63,899 nucleotides of DNA, filler included, from Octopus bimaculoides (GCF_001194135.2; 4 parts of 3 records of this genome joined end to end with filler, not necessarily neighbours in it); one strand, 5' to 3'. Counted from the first letter of the whole stretch, positions 25,378 to 38,220 are shown. The notes: generated from the letters alone by a model not told the origin. Numbers and translations: made by a program.

Positions 25378-25853
25378 GTACATTTAAGCATCTGCTGTTC
25401 GTAATATGCGCTGCCAACATCGATTCTCAATCTCGTCTGCCAACACTACACTACATATTTTGTCAACAAATTAATTTGCGAGTAAGCATAGAATTCCACT
25501 AATGAACATTTCAATTGTTTCATTACTAATTAATTATTCCTTTCTTAATAGACTACGAAACATTTTTATGTAATTTTTATAAATAAGGAAACTATCTCTA
25601 CTAATGAGCCTCTGATAAATGGCCACACCACCTCACTCATTCATACACAACACCACCGAGATACTAATTAAACCCGATTGTTTTGTCTTATATACAAAAG
25701 AGACAATTATTTTTACAAATTTCATCGACCTGCCCAATGAAAAGCATGTCCTCAAACTGACCCGCAGAAAATCATTGCCTTCAAATGAAAACAAATATAA
25801 ATTAAAATATCGCCTTCCACACCATAATAGCAACTCTGTAACACACACGCACG

Positions 25854-25884
<31 letters not shown>

Positions 25885-27130
25885 ACACACACACACACAT
25901 ACACACACACACACACACACATGCGCGTGCATTGCACTTCTAAATCCCAATTCACAAACATTCCTGTAGTCCGAGATTTCTTGCTCGAGATGAAACTACC
26001 AGTCATAGTATAGGACCGAGTCTTTAAATGTATTAAGTTCTCTCATCCTTTGGGGTAGGTGGGATCTATAACAAAATATTCACACTTTCTCATCGCTTCT
26101 TGTTTAATGTATGCAACTATACACTTATTTACTTTTATACATACACACATACATATAAGTAAATAAGTATATATACATATGGAAAAAAAAGTCAAGGTAG
26201 AAAATGCTANNNNNNNNNNNNNNNNNNNNNNNNNNNNNNNNNNNNNNNNNNNNNNNNNNNNNNNNNNNNNNNNNNNNNNNNNNNNNNNNNNNNNNNNNNN
26301 NNNNNNNNNNNNNNNNNNNNNNNNNNNNNNNNNNNNNNNNNNNNNNNNNNNNNNNNNNNNNNNNNNNNNNNNNNNNNNNNNNNNNNNNNNNNNNNNNNNN
26401 NNNNNNNNNNNNNNNNNNNNNNNNNNNNNNNNNNNNNNNNNNNNNNNNNNNNNNNNNNNNNNNNNNNNNNNNNNNNNNNNNNNNNNNNNNNNNNNNNNNN
26501 NNNNNNNNNNNNNNNNNNNNNNNNNNNNNNNNNNNNNNNNNNNNNNNNNNNNNNNNNNNNNNNNNNNNNNNNNNNNNNNNNNNNNNNNNNNNNNNNNNNN
26601 NNNNNNNNNNNNNNNNNNNNNNNNNNNNNNNNNNNNNNNNNNNNNNNNNNNNNNNNNNNNNNNNNNNNNNNNNNNNNNNNNNNNNNNNNNNNNNNNNNNN
26701 NNNNNNNNNNNNNNNNNNNNNNNNNNNNNNNNNNNNNNNNNNNNNNNNNNNNNNNNNNNNNNNNNNNNNNNNNNNNNNNNNNNNNNNNNNNNNNNNNNNN
26801 NNNNNNNNNNNNNNNNNNNNNNNNNNNNNNNNNNNNNNNNNNNNNNNNNNNNNNNNNNNNNNNNNNNNNNNNNNNNNNNNNNNNNNNNNNNNNNNNNNNN
26901 NNNNNNNNNNNNNNNNNNNNNNNNNNNNNNNNNNNNNNNNNNNNNNNNNNNNNNNNNNNNNNNNNNNNNNNNNNNNNNNNNNNNNNNNNNNNNNNNNNNN
27001 NNNNNNNNNNNNNNNNNNNNNNNNNNNNNNNNNNNNNNNNNNNNNNNNNNNNNNNNNNNNNNNNNNNNNNNNNNNNNNNNNNNNNNNNNNNNNNNNNNNN
27101 NNNNNNNNNNNNNNNNNNNNNNNNNNNNNN

Positions 27131-27174
<44 letters not shown>

Positions 27175-28479
27175 GGCGCCGTTTCAATTTATATTCTGTT
27201 TAATGTTATCAACGTAACCCCTTTCCCTCACCTCTTTCTACTTGACAGTCTCTCAGTCATGTCTTGACCTTTCATCCCGAACTAAACAACAGAGGAATAG
27301 AAATGGAGCAGAGTAACACCTCCCTACCAAACAATCTGCAAATAACATCAACAAAAGCAACAACAAACACTGACACACCAATTACCACAACAACAACAAC
27401 AACAGCAACAAACAATAGCGCCAACAACAGTTCAGTGCCATTTATTTTTCAAGCTTAATGCTTATTCACCAGTCACACACAATGCCTGAAAACATTTCTT
27501 CTCTTATGTGAAATCAATAATCCAGAGATGCCAAAATGGCTTTCATCTCTTCTCCTTAGCGTTTGATGTCTTTAAATTGATGCCATTCACTAACAGAAAC
27601 AGCAATATACTGCAATATACTTTAACACACTTTTGCCATCAACGTCGTGTAAAGAACTTCTCCACGTTTCGTAGTTTTAGTTGAGTAACGTTTGTTTTGC
27701 GTCTGAAGTTCTTTTTCATCCCATTGCTGTGGTGCTGTGGTTTTTTTTTTTTGCTATTCGATAAATCCAGGAGTTTCTTTCCATCTAATCTCATGTTAAA
27801 CTAGAATATTACCATTGTTTAAAGACAGTAGTGCTGCTGCCTCACCTATAATTATTCAGTGTTACCTTAAAAACATTTTTCTCTCATCCACGGAGGGTTT
27901 TTCTAGAAACCTCAAAATTCTTGTTACTTGACATCAGGATGTATCCACCTTTGCGAATGAGGCTATACATATTAACAATGAATAAGTCGAGATGCTTATT
28001 TATCTGGGCCGCAGGGCAATGCATGGAAAGAAATCTGGCTGTTATTTCTAGCAGATCAAATAAGCACACAGAAGCTCCGTCATTTTTACATTGTATTATT
28101 GTCTTTGGTGTTCTTTCATGCCAAGTAATTTCACATGTAGCAGATCATGAATCAAAGGCATCCCATTCATGACCACCATGCCTTCTAGTAATATTTAAAT
28201 TTTCATTATCCAGTATTGATTTTGATTATTTAAAGCGGTAGATTAAAATTCAGAGGATAATTAGCAGCAATGAGATTTGGCATACCATACAAATTTATTG
28301 TCTTCTATGGAAGTGGGAAAGTCTTCGCAATTTCACTAATTTTCTATCAATTATATATGATTATCTAATGGAAACTGCTTTATTGTCACTCCACAAATCA
28401 AGTAAAGTGATCCTACAGCTTGTCGTTATCAAGTGTTGCACTTGTCCCAAGTAGATCTACTGCCCATCCTGGCAAACTC

Positions 28480-29170
28480 ATCTCTTGTATGCTGCTGCAC
28501 TGTACTTCCAAATTTTTGTACGAATACTTTAAATTCTTAACATACACAAGAAAACAATATCATCTTACACTTCATAGTTAATAGTAACCAAAGTGAAAAG
28601 CTATGTCATCTCACGATGTTGTATATCATAGCTTGAGTTTTATAATGAAAGCAGTAATAGACACTTTGCAAAATCTAAGATAAGCAGTAATAGTTTGTTC
28701 AGGAAATTGAGCTTCTGAAATAGTCTGACAGATAAACTATGTAACAGCTGGCAGCAGCAACACCCAGCCGTTCACCAAGCTGTTTACTTGTAAGAAATGA
28801 AACAAAATCCGACTTTAGACGACAAAAACAATTATCTTTTGATAGCCATCCCAAATCTGTTTGCATAAGTAAGCATTCTAGATTTTCGTAATTTTTGTTA
28901 CGAAGTTCCGTTAACAAACGATCTTGCAGCATATTTTATTTGCTAATATTGACAGCTTTTATTAAAATGGGAAGGGCATCATGCAGGTGTCCGTCCATTT
29001 TGTCTGCAAACAAATGTAGTCGATAGACTACACAGTATATGCAAAAACATTCGTTTCAGCGTTTTATAAATAGCCAGACTGTATCTTTTAACTACCCACT
29101 ACAGAGGTGGTACCATCTGTTGTACAAACCATGCTACTGAGTGGAGTGTTGTTTTTATGGAAGAGTTATA
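28480..29170 (-). pseudogene. Fossil hAT transposase (Buster/Charlie, ZBED5/SCAND3-like)
   Basis: Minus strand reads FHKNNTPLSSMVCTTDGTTSVVG..YCVVYRLHLFA..LQDRLLTEL..LLMQTDLGWLSKDNCF..YLSDYF, matching the TDGA, HCxxHR and TEVRWLS motifs; stops and frameshifts present. Confidence 0.8.
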
Positions 29171-30268
29171 AGCTTCTTAAAAATACAAGACAATCAATGT
29201 AAAAATGTATACTTTTACAAAGGAATAGATTCGTATGCATGCGTATTGTACTCGTATAAAATTAGGGAGGTACAGACCTTTAAAAACAGTCGTCTAAGAA
29301 GAAGAATCATTCGCCTCTGTGGGCCAGACAAGAGAAGGAACAAGGACCTCTGGCAAAGAACTTGTCAATTATCAGCTGAAAGAAACTAAAAATTAGGAGA
29401 TAGTTGTGAGCACACAGGAATATCTTTGATGGTTGGTCTGCTCATGCATAACTGAGTTGGGCTAAATCAACTGCAAAAATAAGATGGGGGCATTGTGTGC
29501 TAACTATAAATACTAGAAATAGCAATGAAATCTGTTTATAATTTAATTTTACTGCATGAAATAAATAATGAATTTGAATAAACATTGACTTAAAACATAG
29601 ATGCAACGGTCACGGTAGGAACGATTTATTCTATAGATAACTCGATCAGATATCTCATCAACAAGGTTAAGAAAAAAAGCATTAATACAACCACCACCAC
29701 CACCACCATGAACAACAACAACAACATCAATATCAACAAAATGAACAACAACAGCAGCAGCAATAGCGAGTAAAATGCTAATTATAATTCTTGGAACAAA
29801 AAAAAAAGTCAAGAAATCTTAACAAGAATCGAAATGCGGAAACCGAACATGAGAGGAAAAACAAACATGTTTGGAATAAAGGAAAATAAAAACAGAACAA
29901 TTATTCTGTGAAGTCTTTTGTTTGAGAAGTAAATAATTTTGCAGGTGTTCGATATTTGTAATTGGGTTCCTCCGTCTCTCTCTCTCTTTCTCTCTCTCTC
30001 TCTATCTATCTATCTAACACTAAGTATAAATATGCCTATACATATATACAAGTGTATAGGACCAAATATACAGGTGCTACATTTATGTGTATTTATGCAT
30101 ACACACACATATATATATATAAATCCATATGTATATATAGATCCATATATATGTATGTACGTATGTATGTGTGTAGCTATCTATCTATCTATATATATAT
30201 TTACACACATATGTATCTTTGTATGTGCATATGTCTGTGTGTGTAGGTGTGTGTAGTTTTTCATCTAG

Positions 30269-30346
30269 CGCCAAACAAAGCATCAAACAATGCCATAACA
30301 AATTCCTCGAGATAGTGTTGCTGAGAAACAAAGGAACAAAAGAATG
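30269..30346 (+). CDS. Candidate exon (phase 2-2, 78 nt): AKQSIKQCHNKFLEIVLLRNKGTKE
   Basis: gtttttcatctag acceptor and ATG|gtaaaa donor, one open frame; no linking exon found. Confidence 0.25.
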
Positions 30347-30439
30347 GTAAAACCAAGATAGTTGCACCAAATAACCTTTAACAGTAACTACAGAACACGT
30401 ATTTTAATATTATTATATACTATTGCATATGCAACCATC

Positions 30440-30480
<41 letters not shown>

Positions 30481-31151
30481 NNNNNNNNNNNNNNNNNNNN
30501 NNNNNNNNNNNNNNNNNNNNNNNNNNNNNNNNNNNNNNNNNNNNNNNNNNNNNNNNNNNNNNNNNNNNNNNNNNNNNNNNNNNNNNNNNNNNNNNNNNNN
30601 NNNNNNNNNNNNNNNNNNNNNNNNNNNNNNNNNNNNNNNNNNNNNNNNNNNNNNNNNNNNNNNNNNNNNNNNNNNNNNNNNNNNNNNNNNNNNNNNNNNN
30701 NNNNNNNNNNNNNNNNNNNNNNNNNNNNNNNNNNNNNNNNNNNNNNNNNNNNNNNNNNNNNNNNNNNNNNNNNNNNNNNNNNNNNNNNNNNNNNNNNNNN
30801 NNNNNNNNNNNNNNNNNNNNNNNNNNNNNNNNNNNNNNNNNNNNNNNNNNNNNNNNNNNNNNNNNNNNNNNNNNNNNNNNNNNNNNNNNNNNNNNNNNNN
30901 NNNNNNNNNNNNNNNNNNNNNNNNNNNNNNNNNNNNNNNNNNNNNNNNNNNNNNNNNNNNNNNNNNNNNNNNNNNNNNNNNNNNNNNNNNNNNNNNNNNN
31001 NNNNNTCTGCACATACAGACACATATATTTATATTTACTCTGTTTTGTATAGCGTATTATTTTTGACTGCTTATTCTTTCTTGCACATAAATATACATAC
31101 ACATTACATACATATAATAAATGATACACACACACACACACACACACACAG

Positions 31152-31345
31152 ACCGGGTAGTGTGTTGTGTTCTTGAGCAAAACACCTCACGTTGCTCTGC
31201 TTTCACTTCGGCACCTGATGCGTGGTACACTGTGCACTTGTGAAGACAACGTCGATTTGATTGACTGAGTGGGCTAATGTGCGGCATGAACATTTGATTA
31301 CTATAAACAAATCGTTTGTATAGGGCGTTCGGCAAAAGTTGAACG
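31152..31345 (+). mobile_element. Headless SINE with CORE/Meta-like domain and a further distinct 3' body
   Basis: gaccggg..gtgttgtgttcttgagcaaaacac..cacgttgctc, then diverges from family B. Confidence 0.65.
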
Positions 31346-31388
31346 TACGTACGTACGTCGGCTTCGACGGGACAGTCCATCATACACA

Positions 31389-31713
31389 TCTCAAGAGAGA
31401 AGGGAGATATGACTTTCCCAAGATCAGCAAACGCATGCTGCAGCACGTCAAATGAAATTTCAAGAGAGAAGCAGCATGCGACTTTCCCAAGATATGCAAA
31501 AGCGTGCTGCAACATATCAAATGGAGTCTTAATACAGAAGTGAGATGAGACTTTCTCAAGATCAGAAAACGTATGCTGCAGCACGTCAAATGGAGTCTGA
31601 AGAGAGAAGGGAAATGAGACTTTCCCAAGATCAGCAAAGGCATGCTGCAGTGTCATATGGGGTTTCAATACAGAAGGGAGATGAGACTTTCCCAAAATCA
31701 GCAAATACATGCT
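31389..31713 (+). repeat. About five copies of a 69-bp unit encoding 23-aa STPR-like repeats (ESEERREMRLSQDQQRHAAARQM), pseudogenised
   Basis: Periodic gactttcccaagatcagcaa; in-frame stops at 31410 and 31530 and a frameshift in unit 4. Confidence 0.8.
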
Positions 31714-31764
31714 GTTGTTTTGATACTTCTATTATTTTTCAATACTAAGATAAACAAAGTTCTT

Positions 31765-32207
31765 TTTTAATCTAAAATATATATTCTCCTTCATTTTCTA
31801 CAATGCTTTCCGTCTATCTGGTAGATTTGCAAGGCTCCTCTTCCAAAATTCACTTGTCCGTGACGAAAAATACTCCTCCAGTACTGTTCTGACCACGTCT
31901 ACAGAGTTCATATTTTTCCGTCTAAATGATTTTGAAGACTGCAGAATAAATGATAATCAGATGGGGCAAATACCGGTGTATATGATGGGTGGAGCATCGT
32001 TTCCCATTCAAACTGCTCCAACCTTTCGAATGTCATTCTCGCTGTATGTGGCCGAGCACTATCTTGAAACCAATTATGGTCGTTTTTCTTCTAGTGCTGA
32101 CTTAAGCCGTTCAAACTGCTCGCAGTAGTTCTCGTTTGTTATCGTTTGGTTTGGGTTTAAAAGTTTAAAGTGTACTAAACCTTTCCTATCCCACCGAACA
32201 AATAACA
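31765..32207 (-). pseudogene. Mariner transposase C-terminal fossil (runs into gap)
   Basis: WDRKGLVHFKLLNPNQTIT..QDSARPHTAR..WETMLHPSYTPVFAPSDYHLFCSLQNHLDGK, matching the DNARPH and YSPDLAPSDY motifs. Confidence 0.9.
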
Positions 32208-33178
32208 NNNNNNNNNNNNNNNNNNNNNNNNNNNNNNNNNNNNNNNNNNNNNNNNNNNNNNNNNNNNNNNNNNNNNNNNNNNNNNNNNNNNNNNNNNNNN
32301 NNNNNNNNNNNNNNNNNNNNNNNNNNNNNNNNNNNNNNNNNNNNNNNNNNNNNNNNNNNNNNNNNNNNNNNNNNNNNNNNNNNNNNNNNNNNNNNNNNNN
32401 NNNNNNNNNNNNNNNNNNNNNNNNNNNNNNNNNNNNNNNNNNNNNNNNNNNNNNNNNNNNNNNNNNNNNNNNNNNNNNNNNNNNNNNNNNNNNNNNNNNN
32501 NNNNNNNNNNNNNNNNNNNNNNNNNNNNNNNNNNNNNNNNNNNNNNNNNNNNNNNNNNNNNNNNNNNNNNNNNNNNNNNNNNNNNNNNNNNNNNNNNNNN
32601 NNNNNNNNNNNNNNNNNNNNNNNNNNNNNNNNNNNNNNNNNNNNNNNNNNNNNNNNNNNNNNNNNNNNNNNNNNNNNNNNNNNNNNNNNNNNNNNNNNNN
32701 NNNNNNNNNNNNNNNNNNNNNNNNNNNNNNNNNNNNNNNNNNNNNNNNNNNNNNNNNNNNNNNNNNNNNNNNNNNNNNNNNNNNNNNNNNNNNNNNNNNN
32801 NNNNNNNNNNNNNNNNNNNNNNNNNNNNNNNNNNNNNNNNNNNNNNNNNNNNNNNNNNNNNNNNNNNNNNNNNNNNNNNNNNNNNNNNNNNNNNNNNNNN
32901 NNNNNNNNNNNNNNNNNNNNNNNNNNNNNNNNNNNNNNNNNNNNNNNNNNNNNNNNNNNNNNNNNNNNNNNNNNNNNNNNNNNNNNNNNNNNNNNNNNNN
33001 NNNNNNNNCACACACACACACACACACACACTCACACACACATGTATGTATATGCAAGTGTATACATAAAGAATTTATCCACGTGTATGTACACACGTAC
33101 ACAGAGGGATAAAAGCGAAACCAATATCTCAAATTAATTTCTTATAACAGAAAAAATATGTTCAATGGAGTCAGAATG

Positions 33179-33218
<40 letters not shown>

Positions 33219-33344
33219 GTTCTCCCCTCTATCCTCCTGTTCCTTTAAAGCTTGTTTTTCGCGTGTTTGATATCGATTTCATACTCATGTACACAAACAC
33301 GTACGTACGTAGAGCCTTACATACACACGCACAGATTCTCTCTC

Positions 33345-33379
<35 letters not shown>

Positions 33380-33819
33380 CACGCACACGCTCCCCAATCG
33401 ACCAAGTGACCAACCGAGTAACTAACCAACCACCTAACCAACCACGCATCCAAATCAACCAGCCAACCAACCCACTAACTACCAGACGGGCCTTTCAGCA
33501 AGCTGGCCAGTCGTCCGGCCGACCGCATGCAATTTTCGCTCAAATATTAACAAAACCTATTTAATCAAAAGACACATTTCAGAAGAGTCAAATAAACATT
33601 TCATTGGATATAATATTTATAGTTATTCTTTATACTTCTCCCATTATAGGCTATTAAACGGAGCCCAAAAATTAAGTCGACTTATTAACACCGAACAAAA
33701 TCTGCCCCCATCCATCTTCAAGCAGCCATATTCTTTCATTTCAAACATCGGGAAAAATCAATTGTAAACTAACAAATGAAAACAAAATACAACAAACTAC
33801 AATTCGCCAAGCTTATATG

Positions 33820-33945
33820 GTTAATATATTATTAATATTGTTAATATGTAATCTATATTATTAATACATTATCAATATTGATATATAACCTATATTGTTA
33901 AGATATTATCAATATTCTTAACAAGTAATCTATATTGTTAATAAA
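33820..33945. repeat. AT-rich ~20-bp minisatellite (taatctatattgttaatatg), array 1
   Basis: Same unit as 34450-34545. Confidence 0.65.
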
Positions 33946-34064
33946 TGACTGTATTACTGCACAAACCAGTAATCAGAAACTGTTATACACCACTGTTCAC
34001 AATGCGTTTCCAGTTCTTTTCGACTGCACCCTTTTTTTTTCATCTTAGCCCTTATAGTTTAACG

Positions 34065-34440
34065 AAATCGCCATGAAGGCATTCCGAGTGGTCTTTTCCG
34101 ATCTCTTGGATAATACTCAACAACTGCACGGGTTCACCTGTTGTCTGTGAACCTTGCGACATGCTCACCTCAGTGGAATTTGTGCTTCCGGTACTCTGCG
34201 ATCATGTCGTTCATTCCATTGTTCTCGAATTACCTCATTTCGAATGGGGTCTCATAATGATATTCCTAGCATGGATCTTTCCATGGCCCTTTGCATCATA
34301 ATTTGATCAATGTTCTTTTCTCTTCGTAGGAATCCACGTCTTACTTGCTTATAAGATCGCTGGTAGGACCGTGCTTTTTAAGAGTCTGGTACTTAGAGGT
34401 TATTTCAGCTTCGCTTTGAGTTAAACACTTGTCCTGCCCT
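34065..34440 (-). mobile_element. RTE-clade LINE 3' fragment
   Basis: Frameshifted minus-strand remnant resembling STVLPAxLYASETW..QRAMERSMLGI..WAGHV..WYPR. Confidence 0.7.
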
Positions 34441-34449
34441 TATTCTCCT

Positions 34450-34545
34450 GATAAGATATAATCTATATTAATATATAATGTATATTGTTAATATGTAATC
34501 TATATTGTTGATATATAATCTATATTATTAATATGTAATCATTAT
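34450..34545. repeat. AT-rich ~20-bp minisatellite, array 2
   Basis: 4-5 imperfect units. Confidence 0.75.
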
Positions 34546-34626
34546 TGTTTATATTGTCCAAAATTATAACACAAAACACTTACCAGGCCTGCTTCTGATC
34601 AAAATCGTAGCGTCCTTTCATTCTAG

Positions 34627-34821
34627 GCTGACTGCGAAGTGGCGCTAATAAACAATACTTACGATTTACTCTGTTCTGATTTTGCTGAACTTTCCAAAGA
34701 AACAATAACTCAACAATGGTCCGGGTTTTCTTTGGAAGTCGCTTTCAGCAACATCACTTTCAGAGATCCAAGATCTCTCGTCCAAAGTCCATGGTCATCG
34801 ACAAAGTATCCGTCAATTTCA
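34627..34821 (+). CDS. Candidate internal exon (phase 0-0, 65 aa): ADCEVALINNTYDLLCSDFAELSKETITQQWSGFSLEVAFSNITFRDPRSLVQSPWSSTKYPSIS
   Basis: Strong acceptor gcgtcctttcattctag, complex open frame in unique DNA, CA|gtaact donor; two N-x-T sequons. Confidence 0.5.
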
Positions 34822-34995
34822 GTAACTAAAGAACAATTTACAGATTAGACGAAGAATCAGAGAGAATCAGAGAAATATTTCTTTCTGTCTCTTTGTCTCT
34901 TTCTCTCTGCTGTGTCTTCTAATCCTTCTTCCTTTTCCTCTCTCTGTACTTTGTTCTCTACTCTTACTTATTCCCAAGGACGTGCTATAGGTAAT

Positions 34996-35180
34996 GGTTT
35001 CAAATTTTGGCACGGGGCCAGCAATTTTAAGGAAGGGTTAAGTCGATAATATCGATCTTAGTGTTCAAATGGAACATATTTTATCAAGCCCGAAATAATG
35101 AAAGGCAAATTCGACATCAGCAGATTTTGAAACCAGAATCTAAAGCCCCGGTAGAATGCTGCTAAGCATTTTGTTAACAA
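34996..35180 (-). mobile_element. SINE family A copy
   Basis: ggtttcaaattttggcacggggccagc..gaaaggcaaattcgacatc. Confidence 0.85.
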
Positions 35181-35254
35181 TTAATAACAATTTATAACAC
35201 ACGCCATTGACAAACACTCTACTTTTACGGTAGCGTGTTTGCGTAAGTATACAT

Positions 35255-35555
35255 AGATGCATATATGTGTACATGCATGCATACATACATACATACATAC
35301 ACACACATACATACATACATACATACATACATACATGTATACAAGTATGTATGCATACATACATACATACGTACATACATACATAATTACATACATATAT
35401 ACATACATACGTTCGCACACATATACATACATATATGCATGCATACATACATGCACACTTACATACGTACACACGCATATGCATATGTATACATACATAG
35501 ACATGTATACACACGTACACACACATATAGCATATCAATATACTTATATATGAAC

Positions 35556-35624
<69 letters not shown>

Positions 35625-35698
35625 TGTGTGTGTGAGAGAGAGAGAGAGAGAGAAAGAGAGAAAGAAAGAGAGAGAGAAAGAGAGAGAAATAAAGAGAG

Positions 35699-35764
<66 letters not shown>

Positions 35765-35765
35765 C
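35255..35765. repeat. Compound (TACA)n, (TA)n, (GA)n, (GATA)n microsatellite
   Basis: Directly visible. Confidence 0.95.
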
Positions 35766-36337
35766 AAATACGCTTTTATCAGAAATATGTTGCTAAGATA
35801 TTTTATTATATTTCATATAGCGATCAAAATGTCTTTCTTACATTTTGTTGTTGCTTCTGCTGTTATTGTTATTTCTGTTATTTCTTTCTGAAGTATGAAA
35901 TGATAAGAAAGAAAAAAAAAAAGCAAAAACTGAAACAAAGAAACAAAAATACAAACATGACTACGTTTATGATACGTTTTCAATGGTTGCTTTCGACAAT
36001 CTAATATTTCTGTTGGGAATTATCTTAAAAAACTATCAATGATAAAGGAATATAAACGTCGCGGTTGTATTTATTACATGTCTCAGTTTCGGTAGGAATT
36101 CAGTCTTAAAGAACACAGCTATATTTATTGGCTGAGTACAAGACAAAGCTTTGATGAGAACGGTTGAATAGGAAATAGAAGTGAGTATGGACTAGCTTCT
36201 ATGTGGCCGCTCGTCGTGCTAGAATTAGCAGTCAAAGATCCAGGTTGAATAAATGATTTAACCAGCCATGTGAGTAAGTTTATACGTCGTATTGTATGCT
36301 GTAAAAATAAAACAGCCAATATTTGCCTCATATAAAA

Positions 36338-36572
36338 CGGCAAGCTGGCAGAATCGTCACTGCGTTGGCAGAATCGTCACTGCCCTGGCAAAATGCTAAA
36401 CAGCATTTCGTCCGTCTTTACATTCTGAATTCAAATTCCCCCGGGGTCAGTTATACCTTTGACCCTTTCGAGGTTGATAAAATAAGTACTAGTCGAGCAC
36501 TGAAGTTGCGGTGATCGACTTAACCCCTCCGCCGAATTTGCTGGACTTGTGTCAAAAACTGAAACCAATATT
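36338..36572 (+). mobile_element. SINE family A with a duplicated head segment
   Basis: ggcagaatcgtcactgc occurs twice, then ttcaaattcc B-box and the family A body. Confidence 0.85.
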
Positions 36573-37327
36573 TGCCTCATGATGTTAATATTCAATAATG
36601 GAAAAATATATTGTAATGATCTGGTTCTGGATGCGAAAATGATGGAATGGTCAGATTTGGAGCGTCTTTGATCATAGCTTTAATCGATTATAACTCACCT
36701 GGAACTTAACAGCGATACAAAATTCAACGCTGACCCCTATAGACTTTGAGCCTAGATACGAAACTAAACACGATAAATCTTTACGTCTAATGTTGTATCA
36801 TTTATATCAATTCCATCTGTTGATTTAAATAAATTTATACTAACCTTAATTCTTAAATATTAGAACCGATATACTATAAAGCATTTAATACCCTTTAAAA
36901 TATTCTCTGAGACAAGTATTTCACTCTGTTTTAGTAAAGAGTAATACAAAGTGCACTACAAAATTATGTGACTTTGCACGAGTTAGTCCTTCGTCTTGGT
37001 ATTGTTATTTCTTTTGACGATAATAACCCAGAAGCAACGGTTCAATATGATATTTAACAAGAAAGCAGTGAATAGGGATCTGAAGAACACCCTGGATCAT
37101 ATCACGCTTGGAACTAATCATATTTTCCTCTCCATTTTGTTGATATGTGTTTGCTGAAGATCAACTGACAATCCATACATGCAATACGGATGTAGTAAAT
37201 ACCAGTAAGAAACTGGTACATGCTGCTATCAATTATGATTAAAATTATATACAAAATATAGACAGATTAATAATTTTTGTTGAGAATCTAAATATAATCG
37301 GGCATAATTGATACATTGTATATAATA

Positions 37328-37475
37328 TTTTCTTCTATAGGCACAAGGCCTGAAATTTGTGGAGAGGATCAGTCACATCTACCCCCAGCACTCAACTGGT
37401 ACTTACTTCAAAGGTGATCTCGGTGGAATTTGAATTCAGAACGTAAATACAAACGAAATGTCGTTAAGTATTCTG
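37328..37475 (-). mobile_element. SINE family A copy (ctataggcacaaggcc tail variant)
   Basis: Family A motifs. Confidence 0.8.
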
Positions 37476-37839
37476 TCTGCTCTTTACTTTATATCATTTT
37501 TTAACAATATATATAATACGCTACGTGCATTTGTTAATTATACACTCTCCATACACTTTCTGCAATCTTGTGTAAGCCTCTGAGCAGATATCGCCATGAA
37601 AACTTTCTTTGTCATGGTAACTGCAACGATCACACGCTACACACCTTCCTTCCAAGCACTGCTGTAAATATCTGAAGTGATCTAGAACGTTAAAGCTTAG
37701 CGTGCATGCACAGCAAACTTCAAGGTCAATCTTTGCAATGTCCGTCAATTGTAAATAATGTAAATAATGTAGATATAAGTTAGTATCATCGTACCTTGGC
37801 CTTCCGATTTTCAGTCCATAATTTCAATTTATTTCCAGT

Positions 37840-38220
37840 TAACTTTTATTTGTTTCAGTTAGTAGACTGTGGCCATGCTGGAGCCCCTCCTTGAAAAATA
37901 TTTAGTCGAATGAATCGGCGCCAGTACTTACTTTTTTTTAAAAGCCAGGTATTTATTCTATCGGTCCCTTTTGCTGAACCGTTATGTGACAGGGACAACA
38001 CCTGTTGTCAAGCAGTAGTGGGAGGAGAAACATAAACACACACACACACTTACGTAATGGGCTTCTTTCAGTTTCCGTTTATAAAATCCACTCAGAAGGC
38101 TTTGGTCAGCCCGAAGCTATATTAGAAGACACTTACCCAAGGTGCCACGCAGTGGGACTGAACCTGGAACCATGTGGTTGGGAATCACTTTTCCTACCAC
38201 ACAGCCACGCCTGCAGCTAT
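37840..38220 (-). mobile_element. SINE family C, near full length
   Basis: Full match to the reverse complement of 21818-22180; contains acacttacccaaggtgccacgcagtggg (CORE-like). Confidence 0.9.

Noticed and set aside
25390-25482. 31-codon + strand exon candidate ending GA|gtaagc
   Set aside because: Weak acceptor and no linkage; expected by chance in AT-rich DNA.
27227-27460. Thr-rich + strand ORF and a minus-strand MKGQDMTERLSSRK exon candidate
   Set aside because: Partly an (ACA)n microsatellite; the two strands conflict and nothing corroborates either.
31057-31710. 217-aa minus-strand ORF with LQHAFADLGKV repeats
   Set aside because: It is the antisense of the STPR-like repeat, changes register at the repeat's frameshift, and runs on into a SINE and (GT)n.
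31389-31713. CRISPR array interpretation of the 69-bp periodicity
   Set aside because: The whole unit is repeated with no unique spacers, the context is eukaryotic and there are no cas genes.
36690-36760. Minus-strand exon with CAG|gtgagt donor
   Set aside because: It lies in what appears to be a decayed family A SINE remnant.
37521-37748. Minus-strand ORF with EAYTRLQKVYGE resembling a mariner N-terminus
   Set aside because: A single short motif, with no TIR or other motifs.
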